A stretch of 64,000 bases of DNA from contig JBHGNT010000003.1 of the NCBI GenBank assembly GCA_043228905.1, positions 20,894,001-20,958,000 on the forward strand. The letters are read 5' to 3'. Made by a program: the position numbers and the translations under genes. The notes under the pieces were generated by a model that worked only from the letters and a program-made list of their open reading frames with translations, searched no databases and was not told where the DNA came from. The DNA is from Azolla caroliniana (taxonomy: Eukaryota > Plantae > Polypodiophyta). Numbering within the stretch: the stretch's first letter is position 1; every line of letters begins with the position of its first letter. Of the stretch, positions 26,111 to 39,426 are shown one piece after another.

Positions 26111-26198
26111 AGTGGCATCTAGTGAAATAGAGATATATATGAAGTATATAATAGAGAGGTGAGAAAATTGGGTTTCGAACCCAAGACACAATGGAGAG

Positions 26199-26350
26199 AG
26201 GACGCGATGAGAGTAGTGTATAGAAGTTCTTTAGAAGCAAGATTAGAGAAGGGTACAAAATACAAGAGAGAGAACAGTAGGACACGACGAGAGTAGTGTA
26301 TAGAAGAAGTTCTTTAGAAGCAAGATCAGAGAAGGGTACAAAATACAAGG
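26199..26350. repeat. Two ~80-bp direct repeats
   Basis: GAGAGTAGTGTATAGAAG...TTCTTTAGAAGCAAGAT(T/C)AGAGAAGGGTACAAAATACAAG occurs twice. Confidence 0.75.
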
Positions 26351-27313
26351 GTAGGTGGGGGATATGGTTGAGAATTTTGTTAATATACAGATAGAAATAC
26401 ATACATACATACATACATACATACATACAAATACAAATACATACATACTGATACATATATATAGTTATTTAAGAAAATAAATAGAAAAAAAAAAAGGATG
26501 GCCCAATTTGAGTGAGTGAGTGCATGGGCAAAATGGGCATGCATCCATACAAAATTAATATTGTAAAATAAATAAAAAATTCCCCATTTTTATCACTTTA
26601 AAAAAATAAAAAATAAAAATTCCTGCTACTACATACTCCTCCCTCTTTTCACCTTTCTTTCTTTTTCTGTCACTCTCTCTCTGTTCCTGGACACACCCAC
26701 CACTTCTACCTGAACTTCTACTTCTACTTCTACTGGTATGTATGCAATTCTATTCCTCTCCAATTTTGCGATCATGCATTTCATTCATTCTGTAAACTTA
26801 TGGAGAGAGTGAGTGATTGTTTGTGTGCAGCCTAATTTAGAGTGTAAACTTATGCCATTGAAATGGAGAAAGTGAGTGATTGTTTGTGTGCAGTTTAATT
26901 TAGAGAGAGAAACAACAGAGGGCTTTGTTTTTTTGTAGTGAAATCTATATTCATGATGCTCTGTCTCTCTGTCTGTCTGTGTGTATGTGTTGGGCGAGGG
27001 TTGGGGATAGAGAGAGAGAGAGAGAACAGAGGTTTTTCGTTTTCTCCTCCTCACATGCCATGGCAAAACATCCAACCCTAATAACAACAATTTTATACAT
27101 ATATAATTATTAAGGCTAAAACTCTCTCTCATGGGCCAATTTTGGCCTTAGAAGACGTTAATATATCTTTCTTTCTTTCTTTCTCTCATGGAAGGTAAAA
27201 AAAAAAAAAAACTTAATTCTAAATTCTCTCAACTACATGCATATTGATCCGTTTATTTATATAGCAAAAAACCGAGTTTGTTGGTTCCTCTTGTCATTGT
27301 GCAGATCATTTTT

Positions 27314-29917
27314 ATGGGCACAAATGTTTCCGAAAGCAAAAGAAGCCAGAGAATTAGCGAGCCACTTTTCCGTTCGTTTGCATCGTCTGATAATGTTGGC
27401 AATTTGGAGCATGATTGCCATGAATTACTGAATGCAGCCATTAATGGAAGCTCATTAATGCCAGATATATGGCTCCAGCTCGGACGGAAAAGCTCGAAAC
27501 GCAATGAGAAAAGCCCAGATGGCAACGAGAGAAGCAACAAAAGTTTGGGTGACCATGAGAAAAGCTCGGGTGACTGTGAGAAGAGCTGGGATGGCCCTGC
27601 GAAAACCTCAAAACCTAATGAGAAAGGTCTTGGCACTAACCTTAGCGAGAAAAACTCAAAGGTAAAGCTAGAAAGCTGCAACATGATGATGCCTTGTACA
27701 GATAGCCACGAAAAGAGATGCCATAAGACTTCTAGTTGTTCAGATGGAGCAGCAGAAAAGGCAAACCACAATGAAGAGAAAATTGCAATAAATGTAAATA
27801 TGAAGAGTGAGACATCACAAGCCGATACAAGTTTGTATGTGAATCAATCTCTTTGGAAACCATGGACTGCGGGTGAAATTTACAGCCTTCTCTCTGCAGT
27901 TGAGAAATGTTTCTGTGTGTACCGGGCATGGGAGCTTGATAACAACACTAAATGGGATATTATCCTTAAATACATGAACAAGGATGGCCATGTCTTCCAA
28001 AGATCCGAACAAACTACGAGAGCAAAGTTCTATTCATTGATGAGAGGGTTCAAGGACATAAAAGCATGGAAATCCCAAGAGAAATCGCCTTCTTATGATA
28101 CCATGACATTCAAGCAAAGAAAGGTTAATGGTCTTCCAAGGAGCTTCGATAAGGAGCTATACACAAGAGTGCAAGCATTCTATGATGCAACGGGGCTTGA
28201 TGATGGTGTGCAAGGAGGGTTGAAGAATGGGGAGGAAGAACATGTAAGCGGGATTCCAGTAGGAAGGATTACAAGGGGTCAGAAAGCTGCAGCAAAAGCA
28301 AATAAAGATGGAGCTACAAAAAGTGGTCTCGTAAATCCAACAAGTTTATGCTCACAGCAATATGATGATCATGATGGGCATATTTCTAAGACCCATAAGA
28401 ACAATGAGGGTAGTGTTGAGAACCAGAAGAATGAGGATAGTGATGACAAGCACAAGGATAATGGTGATGACAGCCATAAGAACAAAGATGATGTGGATGT
28501 AACCCACAAGGACAATGATGGTATTGGTGATAACAATGAGAATAGTGATGTGAACCATAAGAATAATGCTGATAAGCATGAAGAAGGGGTTATTATCCCA
28601 CAAAAAACACATACTATTAGACTATCTCTCCATGAGGAGAAGAGAGTTATAAGCACACAAGAAATACGGACTAATGCACAATCCTTCCATGAAGGAGACA
28701 CAGTTAGCCTACAAGAAAGACATACGCCTATACAATCTTTCCATGAAGAAGAAGAAGTAGTTATCAGTCCAAAAGAAACCCATATTACTAATTTACAATC
28801 GCTTCATGAAGAAGCAATTGTGAACCCAAAAAAAACATATGCTAATATTCTACAAGGGAAGAAACAAACTAAAATCAAATCTCTTGATTGTGGTATGTAT
28901 GAAGAAGAAAACTCCTTGAAAGCAATAATGTTTTTGTGCATTTTGTGCTTATTCTTCCAGCTCAATGTAGGGTCTCCGCCGAATAATTCACTGCGATCGA
29001 ATGGCATGGTAGCAAAGAAGAAGAGGAAGCTTGCAGTTGACAATTCTGATTGTGGTGGTAAGGGGAGAGAAGGAAACTAGAAACGTTTTTTGTGGTGAGA
29101 GAGAAGGAAACGAGATATTCTTTTGTGGCATGATCAAAAGAAAGGGATGAAATAAATGACAAGTTGTACGTGGTGAGGGAGAAAGTATTAACAATATAGT
29201 TTAAACATGTAGGATCTCCGCCATGGAATTCTCTTCAAGAAAGTGGTATACCAACCGAAAACAGGCATGCAAACAAGAAGAGGCAACATCTACCGGACAA
29301 TCCTGGCTGTAATAAACCCTAACATGATGATGTATATGGTGTTTGCAATGTACATACGTATGATTGTGTGTGTGAGCGTACATATCTTTGTATGTGCATA
29401 TGGTAAAGGTATTCAGGATCTTCTGGAGAGTGTATGTAATTTGTTTCTTTATGTAGCATACCATAGGTAATAATAAGCTTGATTTTCATGTAGATGTTAC
29501 AACTTGATTTTGCTTGTAATTAATGGTTGTTCGATTAATGTAGGCTCGTCTCCCACGCGTGGCTCACACCCGAACACCCGAACACCACAAAGAAAGACTA
29601 TGAAGGAATCACCAAAATGTGGTAAGGATACAGTATATATGTTTCATCTTAAACTGTTTTTCTTAAAAATCCTATATCCATGTAATATGTGCATGTGTAT
29701 TGTATGTGTATGTGAGTATGTATGAGAGGCTATTATTTCTTTGGACTTACAATACCTCCTGTTTGATTTTGTAGGCCCATGCAAGTGCAACTGTGCGTTC
29801 AACAATGTTATCACTTCTCATATTAATGCTACCGCAAATCAATTGTCAACATATATCCAAGCTGTGAAAATGAACATAGAGACAGTGAGCGTGTTCTTGG
29901 CCAAGCATTTCAATTAA
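27314..29917 (+). CDS. Trihelix (Myb/SANT-like, ASR3/SH4-clade-like) transcription factor; predicted coding exons 27314-28892, 28971-29057, 29213-~29308, 29544-29621, 29775-29917; a 5' UTR intron probably 26736-27304
   Basis: WTAGEIYSLL...KWDIILKYM...RSEQTTRAKFYSLMRGFKDIKAW...SYDTMTFKQRKVNGLPRSFDKELY fits the trihelix plus the LPxxFDxELY extension. GT-AG phase-1 introns give an open frame to TAA at 29917. The donor of the third coding exon is uncertain. Confidence 0.75.
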
Positions 29918-30329
29918 CATAAACAAATTTGAGTTGGAAGACACATCCATCATTATTTTGCATTTGAAGCATATAATCTAACTTTATTTACCAAAGGCAT
30001 GTATATGTTGTTGCACAGATGCACTGATAAAATTAAAGCAATTTTTTTTACTTCCAAATAGTTATGTGTGCCTTAGGGGATGGATCCGTGATGATTTTAT
30101 AATATTTATTAATAAAAAGGATTGGAAATATTTGGTCTTTTAACAGTTTTGATGAAATTGACTACTTTGATAGATAAACTGTTCTATTCAAGTCAATTTA
30201 TGAAAATGGTTGGTCATAAACCTTGACGAGGCTAAATTAGAGCCCAGAGGCCCACATTTATCGCATTGGTGTGGGCTGTTAAAGGTGTCTCCATATATGC
30301 ATAAGATTCACCCACCATTCAACCCCCAA

Positions 30330-30905
30330 ATATACTGAATATTGTGGCTTGTTTAATGGGGCTCGATATGTGAAATCATAACCTTGTATTTCCAAGATTG
30401 ACAATAAGCATTTCTGAATGCCGAACCCCATCAAGAGTTGTAAGGTAGCTCTGTATGCCTATTTGACATTGAACTACCTTGAAGGTTCGCTCTCTGGCCC
30501 ATCATACAGCATATAGTAAAGGATCTCATAAACCTCAGAAACTTGAGTCTTAGAAAGTATTAGTTTGCAGGGCACCGCACTATGATTGTCACTAGTTCAT
30601 GAAAGGCATGTATGGCCCATCTAATTTCTTAGGGCACTCCCAATCCTGGAGCTGGAAGAGTTTCTCACTTGGAACTGTATTGAAGGCTTTGCAGAAGTTG
30701 ACTAAGAATCAATGCATCCTCTTTTTCTATGCAACACTGAACAAAGATGAGGTCCATAAGAGGGGTTGTTTTTGAAAACCAGGCTTAAGTATTGCTCTAT
30801 ATCATATGCCATTGGTAGGACAATCGTGATGGTCCTGTAATTCTGTGGATCTAAGGATAATGTGAATAAGCACGTGTATCTTGTCCACCTTTGGCTAATT
30901 GAAAA
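30330..30905 (-). pseudogene. Highly decayed LINE (RTE-like) reverse transcriptase relic between the convergent genes
   Basis: Fragments DPQNYRTITI and VNFCKAFNTVPSEKLFQ correspond to the non-LTR RT motifs NYRxI and DFxKAFDxV. Confidence 0.6.
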
Positions 30906-31541
30906 GGTGTGCAATCAATAAGACAGGTGTATTTTGTTCTCTACATCATGAGTAATGAAAAAACGTGGGATTCATAATGACTGATGATGTGATCCATTAT
31001 ATAAGGTAGTGGACCTTGTGGATCAAATTGAGGGGTGAGTGGGTCTCGTGGAATCAAAGTCGATTTAAAAGAGAAGTAAGGTTGAAATGGGGATATTGCA
31101 AAGGTTTTTAAAGGGAGTTGGTTATGGAGATATGTTGCACTGATTTTATGGCATTTCTTAAAGATTGGCAAGAGATAACTTTCAATTTATTTAAAAAGCT
31201 TATATGCATCCTAACGTATAGGTTATCAACATTCCTTAATTTTTAAGATACTAATGGTAGAAATTTCAAATGTGATTATATTTATATTGAATGATGTACA
31301 ACACATGTTACACAGTCAAGGGCTCTTGAGGTCATTTGTGATGTGAATATGGATTGGACCCAAAATTTTCCGGTTTCCGGCTTGGTGGTAGCATGTCTTC
31401 AAGTGATGAGCAACTCTTCTCTCATGGAGTGAATTGATGGATTCGCATGTGATTAAGGTCATTTGATATATGCAGATATAATCAAATAACACCTTTGAAA
31501 TCCAAAGTGGAGAGTTTCATTCAAGAATCAAATGCATGTTG

Positions 31542-34500
31542 TCACTGTAGGCCTTTCCACATTTGAAAATCTTCAGAACTGCTACTTGTTTGGAGCATAG
31601 GAAGGGCATTGGTGAGTTGTTCAAGGCCTTCCTGGTTCATTTGAAGGACTTGAGCCGTTGACAGAATCTTTATAGCCCGGACGCAACTTACAAACTCACT
31701 GCAAGCAATCACAGCGCAATTTAAGGCCAAAATCAGAAACTCAAACAAGTGCCTAATACACAAAATCCCGAATGAAAACTACCATAAGATATTCCTATAT
31801 GTATATGCAACTAAATTATGTATGCTTGGTTATAATCAGTCAATTTTAGGCCACTATCATATGAAACTTAAGATTAAACACATGATTAACAAAATTATTT
31901 CTTGTTCTGAAGATAAACTTATGATGATTATAAAATGATTACTAGAAAATTCACTAATAATTGCTATTCAACTGGAAAGAGAGTTTGCTGTAATTGTTCA
32001 AAACAGAATCTTTACTTGCTAATTATGATAGTAATCAGAATGAGCTTATCAAAATTGAGAAACTGTACTTAATTTGCAAATTGCAGTTTTGCTGCTGTTC
32101 TTAATTATGATATTAATACCAACTGCGCTTAATCTTAATTTTCATGTGATTATGGGCCTCAACTTTATTTATATAAATAATTTTGGCAAACAAGCAGGCA
32201 TACATTCTTTAGTTTCTCATGCATATAGGCATATTCTAATAATTTTCCTTGTTCATGTATTGGATCTAAGTATCTAAACCGTCTTACTCCCAAGGGTCAT
32301 CTCCAACTAGCAAAATATCTCCATCGGTATCGACAAACACGAGCTGCCAGTATGATCTCTGGGGATCCTCCAATTGACCTTCTATGTTGAAGAGTCGTGC
32401 TAGTTCCCGCCGCAGTTCATCATAGTTTGTCATCCTTGAAAGGTCTATGGACCTCCCAACTGACCCTGACTTATGAACCTGTGTTTCTCACTACAGTAAA
32501 TAATCGCGCATTGCTTTCTGTATAAATCAAGTACCACTATCTTGTTGAGTGGGTATTTGCAAAAGTTTTCAAAAATTGCTGGAATTGAAAGAGGGTCTTC
32601 CAGTAACTTTTGAGAACTGAGGTGTATTCAACAAATACCCACCCACTGCAAGTTGCAGTATTTTGGCATACCCCTCCCCACAACCCCCCATCGCCCCAAA
32701 ACAATAAAAAGGACTTCAACATAACTGAGAGGGAGAATGAAAAACCTTTGTAAAAGTTCGGACAGGTGGAGGAACAGGCACATGTGACAAACGCTGCATA
32801 AGTCCCTCATCGAGTACTGCATTAGAGATCATTCCTGCACTCATGCGACTACCATCAGGAGTGCTCGGTGTAAATGAACCCGATGGTGATGAGAAGGACC
32901 CCATGACTGTGTCATTTACTGCCCTTTGACATTGGACCTCCTTATTTATATTGTTAAATCTTGTTGCAAATGATGTCGTCGTCGTTGGTAAAATCAAAGA
33001 ATTATCTGTTAATACACATTGATTCACATTGTGTAAAATGAGCAATACACGGAAATGAAAACTTGGCTAAAATTAATTAAGAAAATTATTTGTTTAAGAC
33101 TGACAATTTAAAGCTCTCCTCCAAAAGAAAATGCAACTCAGAAGGAAACACAAAAACACAGAAAAGAAAAAGCAAAAAATGTCAAATCCTTTGTGTTTTT
33201 AACCAAAGAAAAAAAAACGAAAGCAAATAAAGTTTTCTAACCTAGGAAAAGATCTTACCAAAAGATTCAGGAGCGAGCGAGTGCGAGCACGAGGTGACTG
33301 TGGACGACGATGTATCTGACTGCCCAATCTGAATATTCGAAAGCATCGGTGATTCACATTGTGTGTTTTCCCTCGGTAAATGAAACCAGTTTCCAATATG
33401 TGACTCAATTTGTGGAATATGTTGAAATGGTGGTTGGGGCTGTGGTTGTGACAATTGTGGCAGTTGGGGCGGGTGTGGTGGTTGCAGCTGTTGTGATTGT
33501 TGGGATGGTTGTGGTAGTTGTGGCAGTGGTACCATGCTGGGGTTCACTTTCACGACATTAGGATTGGAAATTTGCCCATCATCCTCCACTTTGGAAGATA
33601 TCACCACCGCATTGTTACTACCCCTTTGGAGCATTGTCCTACTTTGTCCATGAAATGAAGATGTGTTCTCTCCATACTGGGGCTCAGATTCAGGAAATTT
33701 CATGATTGCCCTCATCATGGATTGGTTCCGACTTTGCAACACCTGTGAGAAATGTGTTGATGGTGTTTCGGTTATCTGTGTAGCAGTAGTAGATGTAGTT
33801 TGGTGGTGTCCTTGTGGTAGTATTTGTTGTGTAATCTGTGATGGCAAAAGATGTGTTGTGGGCAATAATTTTGGCTGAATTTGAGGTAGAACTTGTCGTG
33901 GCTGAACTTGTGGAGTCAGGGGCAACTGAGGCTGAGAATGAGAATAAGAATTATTAGCAGATTGATGAGACAAGGTGGGTTGCGTTGTCGTTACATGCAT
34001 AGATGGTTGTGGTATGCTTAACGGAGTTGTTTGATAACTAGTTGTTGGGGGAAGACTTGTTTGAGGAACAGTTGATTGAGAACCGTTTATTTGAGAGCTC
34101 GATGTTTGACTAATTGTTTGAGTAAAAGTTGTGTGTGGTATTATCAGAGATTGTAATGGTGGGGGTGATGCCAAAGGTTGTGGATGAATAGCCTGTTGTT
34201 GGTGACCATTGGTATGTGGCCATGAAACATGTGGATCTAGTTGCTGGTGAGCCATAAATTGCCCTTGTTGTGATAACTGTCTTTGCACCGCTTTTGATGC
34301 ATCCGTTGTCCGGAAGTCTTGTGGAGAAGAAGAGGAACAGGTTGCAAAATCATACACGTTTTCTATTTTAACAGATTCAGGTCGCTGGAAATAAAGCCAT
34401 GACTCCCCACTCATGTTTGATGTTGCAAGGTCCCTTCCATTGCCATTCTCTGGCCGAAGGGTCGATAAGTACTGCTTCATATTTTCATCCATATCACATT

Positions 34501-37500
34501 CATCTCCTGGAACCCCATGTATGAGAAACTCAAACATCATTTTTTTGCATCTTAAATTTGTAAGATGTGTGGCAGCATAAAGCATACATGTATGACCAGT
34601 TCACTAGCAACAAATTAAAGGATTGAGTAGGTCCATTACCTTTTGGACAACCTTTGGCCGGCTATGGAATCTGGATTTTTATGGTGTACGGCCATGGAAC
34701 TTAGGGATTCTCAGTATAAAGAAGCCTAGATACCGTACACACTCTAATTTACGTATATGAGATGCATCCATGCCTATAGACAGCTGATGAGCTTGAGCTC
34801 AGGGGATGTGGGATTGAATAGAGACTAAGAAGACTCTAGCATCCTACATGTTTTCTGCTACACTTTTCAATTATTTAATCATATTTATTAGGTTAATTTG
34901 TGTAATTGGGAGAGAATGAACCTAACACCTTGTTGATATGGACGCTTTGGCCTGAAAGGGAATGGAGGAGAGCAAATGAAAAAGGGCTCAGATAGAGGTT
35001 CAATCTCCCAAGGGGATACTCGACGTGGCCGTTCACCAGCACTGGACTCATCCCATCCAACCTGGTCCTCCAACAAAAAAATATATATATTTATCAAGTC
35101 AAAAACAGCTAACAAACATTAGTAGCAATTGAAACAAGAGCTACAAACATGCTTCATAAAAGTTAATATATTTACAAAAACAGCTAATAAGCATTAGTAG
35201 CAGTAGAAAAAAGAGCAACAAACATGCTAGGATAATTAACAATATATTATCAACATTAGAAAAATGAATGAATAACATGATACACATACCTCGAGATTAC
35301 GCCACTTGGAACCAGGCCAACGTGTAGAATCTAGATCCCCAATTCCAGTTATTGTTCCCATGTACCTATTCAAAATTATTTTAACAATAGCCATAAAGTA
35401 GCATATGGCACGGGGCCAAGATAGATAAGACAACAGATATGCTAGGTTATATGATTTTCTCTTTACCTTCGTACATTAGACTCCTCAGTTTCAAAAATCA
35501 TGCGGAATCGCATCCCTACTGACACTTGAGTGAAGTGAACTGCCTTTCTATATTTTGACCACGGAATCACAAATTCTGATGGGCTCGTCCTGTACAACCA
35601 GAATTAAGAAGAATGAAGAAATGTATAGGGGTGGGCGTATATAGTGTGAGAGACTCTGATAGGCTTCCAATTTAAGTGCATATGGGTGAGTTAAAGAATG
35701 AGAGAGAGAGAGACAGAGAGACAGAGAAAGAAAGAGAGGCTAATATTTATGGCCAACATTGAATGCCTGGACCACTTATGTTACCAAAAGTTGTTACATC
35801 AAATCGACAGAATCAACTTGGGGGTGCATTTAAGCATATGCCAATGATAATGAAATTACGGTATTAAATAACTACTGTAATAGTTTTGATTCACATATAG
35901 AGGATTCTAGAACACCAAATATAAATGTTTCTACAGGATACACTAGCATTCAAGAAGCATGAGGCTTACGAAAATCTTCTATTATTTATGTCCCCTCACA
36001 GTTGATCATGTCGAGCAGAATGAGCTTTAGTAAGTTCAAACCTAATTTGTAGGAAAGAAGTATAATAAAATTCTTTAGCTAATAAATCGAAGTAGATAGT
36101 GCAAGTATATGAGGAGACATACATCTGGATCTACAATACTAGAGAACTCCAGCTCAATATGTATAGATATATATTGCCACAATACATATTTGGATGTTGA
36201 AGTAACAAGATGCGTGAAAAGAACATGTCATACTTACATACTGCTCATAGGACTCCAACATAAACGTATACAAAAGAATACACAAGAATTGACCATTATG
36301 TTGGGGGTTATCTTTAGGTCTAAGCACAGGCATCCCCTTTATATGAAGAGTGAATTTCCCCACTATGTATAGCATGCCAAGGCCATCTCTACACGTTCTC
36401 AGTAAACAAGAGTATGATTTTCATTGCATCCCTCAGGATTTTATCAATCGTTTCATGCATACTATGCCAATGGCATTTCTACTTGCATTATCTGTACCCC
36501 AAGAGTACTATTTTCTTTGGAACAAGGACTTTTAAAACATTAGTGATTGATTTGCACCCTTTCTGAGGTGGAAGGACATTGGGGTGACATTTAAAAATTT
36601 GTTACAATAAAGACCTGGGATTATAAAACACTTGAAAGCGGCTACTTGTCGCAGCAGCATGGGCTGCAGCTGCAAGCACACCTATATGCATGCTATCACT
36701 TGAAAGAAGAGAAGACGGTAAAACACTCTGGTGCCTGGTATTAGCCCGTCGGATTCCAAGAAGCAACTGCCCTTTATCATCTCTGGTCAAAAAAGATAAG
36801 ACATGTACATAGTGTGATATATTCATTCATTGGTCCATCTTTGTAAATAAAATGCACAACTAGTTTTCCATAAGATAAGACATGTACATAGTGTGATATA
36901 TTCATTCATTGGTCTATCTTTGTAAATAAAACGCACAACTATTTTCCCATCTTGAAATAGCATTTTCAAAACTAGGCTTCTCAAAAAACAACTGGACTTG
37001 GTGGTGCTAACATGATCCCCCTCAAATTTGTGAGGGATCTCTGGAATCTTTCATAACATTACCTTATAAATAAGACAGAGTCACCTGCCACAAGACGCTT
37101 GGCACTGACAAATACACTCCATCCCGTGGTAAGGAGATGCCTCTTTGGTTGACCTGAAAAATGAAGCTGATTTCAAAATTGAGCTAGATTTGCAAACATA
37201 AAAATGTGGGTGTATGATAATACCTCTATATATGTGCCGAAAAGTCCAGACATTATCGTGTAAATCCCGGGCCTGAAGTTCTTGCGCTGGAGGTTGTTTT
37301 GTGAAGTCCTGATGCACACTTTACATTGTGTTTAGTAGACTTTATATATGATAAAAACAATAAGGCTGTAAAAGTTAAGTCCATACAAGAGGAGGAAAGA
37401 CTTTTTCAGCAGCTCGTCTTGGAATTGAGAAACCTCCATGGGTGCTAGTATCACTTGCAGTCAGGTTTTTACAAAAGAACTCTGTCAGTTGCCGATTTGG

Positions 37501-39426
37501 AGTGCCGATATCTGGTGGAAGATAGAGGTCCTTCTCTTGCTACGAACACCAGATTGAGAAGGTTAGCTAAATTTGTAGACAATAGAAAAGAGAAAGGAAA
37601 GTGTTGGATGAATGTATATATACTTACATCACTCACGGGTTGTAAGGTCATTTGTGCAAAAACCTCATCGGTGTCCATATCAGCCTTCATTTGTGCAAAA
37701 ACATCATGAGTCTCCATATCATCAAATATACGAAGAAAATATTTATTTCAAGAAGTCTTCTTGTGAGAAGCCACAAAACCTCTTTAAACATGACCTAGCA
37801 ACCGGAAGTGGCACCTTTTCTACTGCTCTAACTTGGTTAGCATCACATGCCAGTATATATAAAAATATGTATATGTATATGGCATTTTCTTTTATAAGGT
37901 AGCTAGCACTATAATTCCAAAATGTTGGTGTACATTGATCTTAAACTAAAACTATGAAGAGTTTTTGTAATGAACACTCCATTAGACTCATTGCTGGAGA
38001 CTTGACTACCAAACCTTAAGTTTTCAACACACAGTTAGAAGTAAGAAAGTTTTAGTGAAATTAGTAAGAAAGTACAGAAGCAATTATGTATACATCTAAA
38101 CTGATTATATGATGTATAAACACAAAAATTGGTGTCATGCTTTCACAATATCCTTTAGCATGCAATGTCTCGTATACAAATTACAAAGATATTAGGGCAT
38201 GAAAACATACATGAAGCGTAATATTGTGAAGTTGGCAAACTAATTGAGATTGAAGATTAGGATAATTGGGTATGTGCCCATCAACTTCTTTCAGAGTTGA
38301 TGCCGCCACCTGGAAAATTAAACCGTTAGATAAATAAATGCAAATTTAAAAATAACAATATCTCTTTTCAGAAAAACATTCAATGAGCATTCATTGATTT
38401 GAAAATATGAAAATATGAAACCATCTCTAAAAATTAGATTAACAAACATTGCTTTGAAAAGAAAAGAAACAAAAAATCAAGAAATTGCTCTTATAAAGAA
38501 TTGCTAACCTGCTCACTGTGGCCTTGTGGGAAATAAACTACAAGACTACCAAGAGAAGGTAATGAGATACGCGGTCCAGCACATGCATGCCATAGCTCCG
38601 AATTCACACTTTTTTTGCCTCCTGGTAATATAACAGATTGAAGTTACAAGTTTATGCCCATGATAAGAATAACATGAGGCAAAGAATGAAAACAACAGAT
38701 GTTCAAAGTACTCAAATTTTATTTGAGGAAAAAAAACTCTGAAACATCCCTCACTATTTTGCAACCCAAATGGCCCCACGTTGATTTCCACAAAGGTCCT
38801 TGGTCCTTGGTCAAGCCCCAAAAGAGATTGGAAATATTGAATCACTCAAATAACACAGATAGTTTTAGAAGAGTGTGAAATTGGCCATATAATTGCTCAA
38901 AAACAACAGATATAATTGCTTGAGAGGAGATTTGTCCAAGGGAATATTGAGAAATAAAGAAAATATCAGAGCTATTTTGCCTAAATAAAGAAAATTTCAT
39001 GGATAGTTTGGAGTTATTTTTCCTTTAATCTAGCCTACACTCTGATTGAAGCATACTCACATACAATTCTCTCATTAGTAAAAGACCCCACAAGTTCACA
39101 TATTTTACATTTAAAAGTAGATCCTACGCCATTTTGAATTCTTGAGCATCACCGAGAGAAAACATAAAAACATCTATTTTGGTCACAAGTCATATAATCA
39201 ATCTCCAAGGAAGACAGTACCATCGATTTATCTATGTAAGTATGCACATATGCAAGAATGCATGCATGCATGTATGTATGCATGTGCCTATAATATCTAT
39301 GCATGTGATTATGAATCCATTGTATGTATTTATGATTGAAATGTGCCTTTGTATTGCTACATTGAGTATGTACATCAAACTTATAAATTTTCAAACAGAA
39401 ATGGGATTGTGTAGCTTACCTTCCAT
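31542..39426 (-). CDS. ARF: Class-A auxin response factor (ARF6/8-like; B3, ARF domain, Q-rich middle region, PB1). Exons 39426-39420, 38621-38509, 38309-38211, 37684-37628, 37539-37387, 37308-37224, 37153-37063, 36782-36615, 35589-35467, 35365-35290, 35061-34929, 34506-33259, 33005-32746, 32478-32288, 31698-31542
   Basis: Spliced translation gives [83 protein letters not shown]...RVSPWEIEP, a Q/P/S-rich middle region, then [17 protein letters not shown]...[15 protein letters not shown]. All introns are GT-AG and in frame. Confidence 0.95.
36793..36950. repeat. Two-copy ~80-bp tandem duplication in an ARF intron
   Basis: AGATAAGACATGTACATAGTGTGATATATTCATTCATTGGTC...CACAACTA occurs twice. Confidence 0.85.

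Noticed and set aside
27278-29080. 600-aa single-exon protein as listed in the ORF track
   Set aside because: The start lies in an intron (acceptor at 27304), and the hydrophobic stretch near the C-terminus is read-through of a 78-bp GT-AG intron.
27314-29917. Myb/SANT gene as the accessory ORF of a PIF/Harbinger transposon
   Set aside because: No DDE nuclease ORF, TIRs or 3-bp TSD nearby, and the LPxxFDxELY extension fits host ASR3/SH4 trihelix factors.
33242-33244. Premature stop truncating the ARF before PB1
   Set aside because: A strong donor (G|GTAAGA at 33259) lies upstream of the TAG and splices in frame to the next exon.
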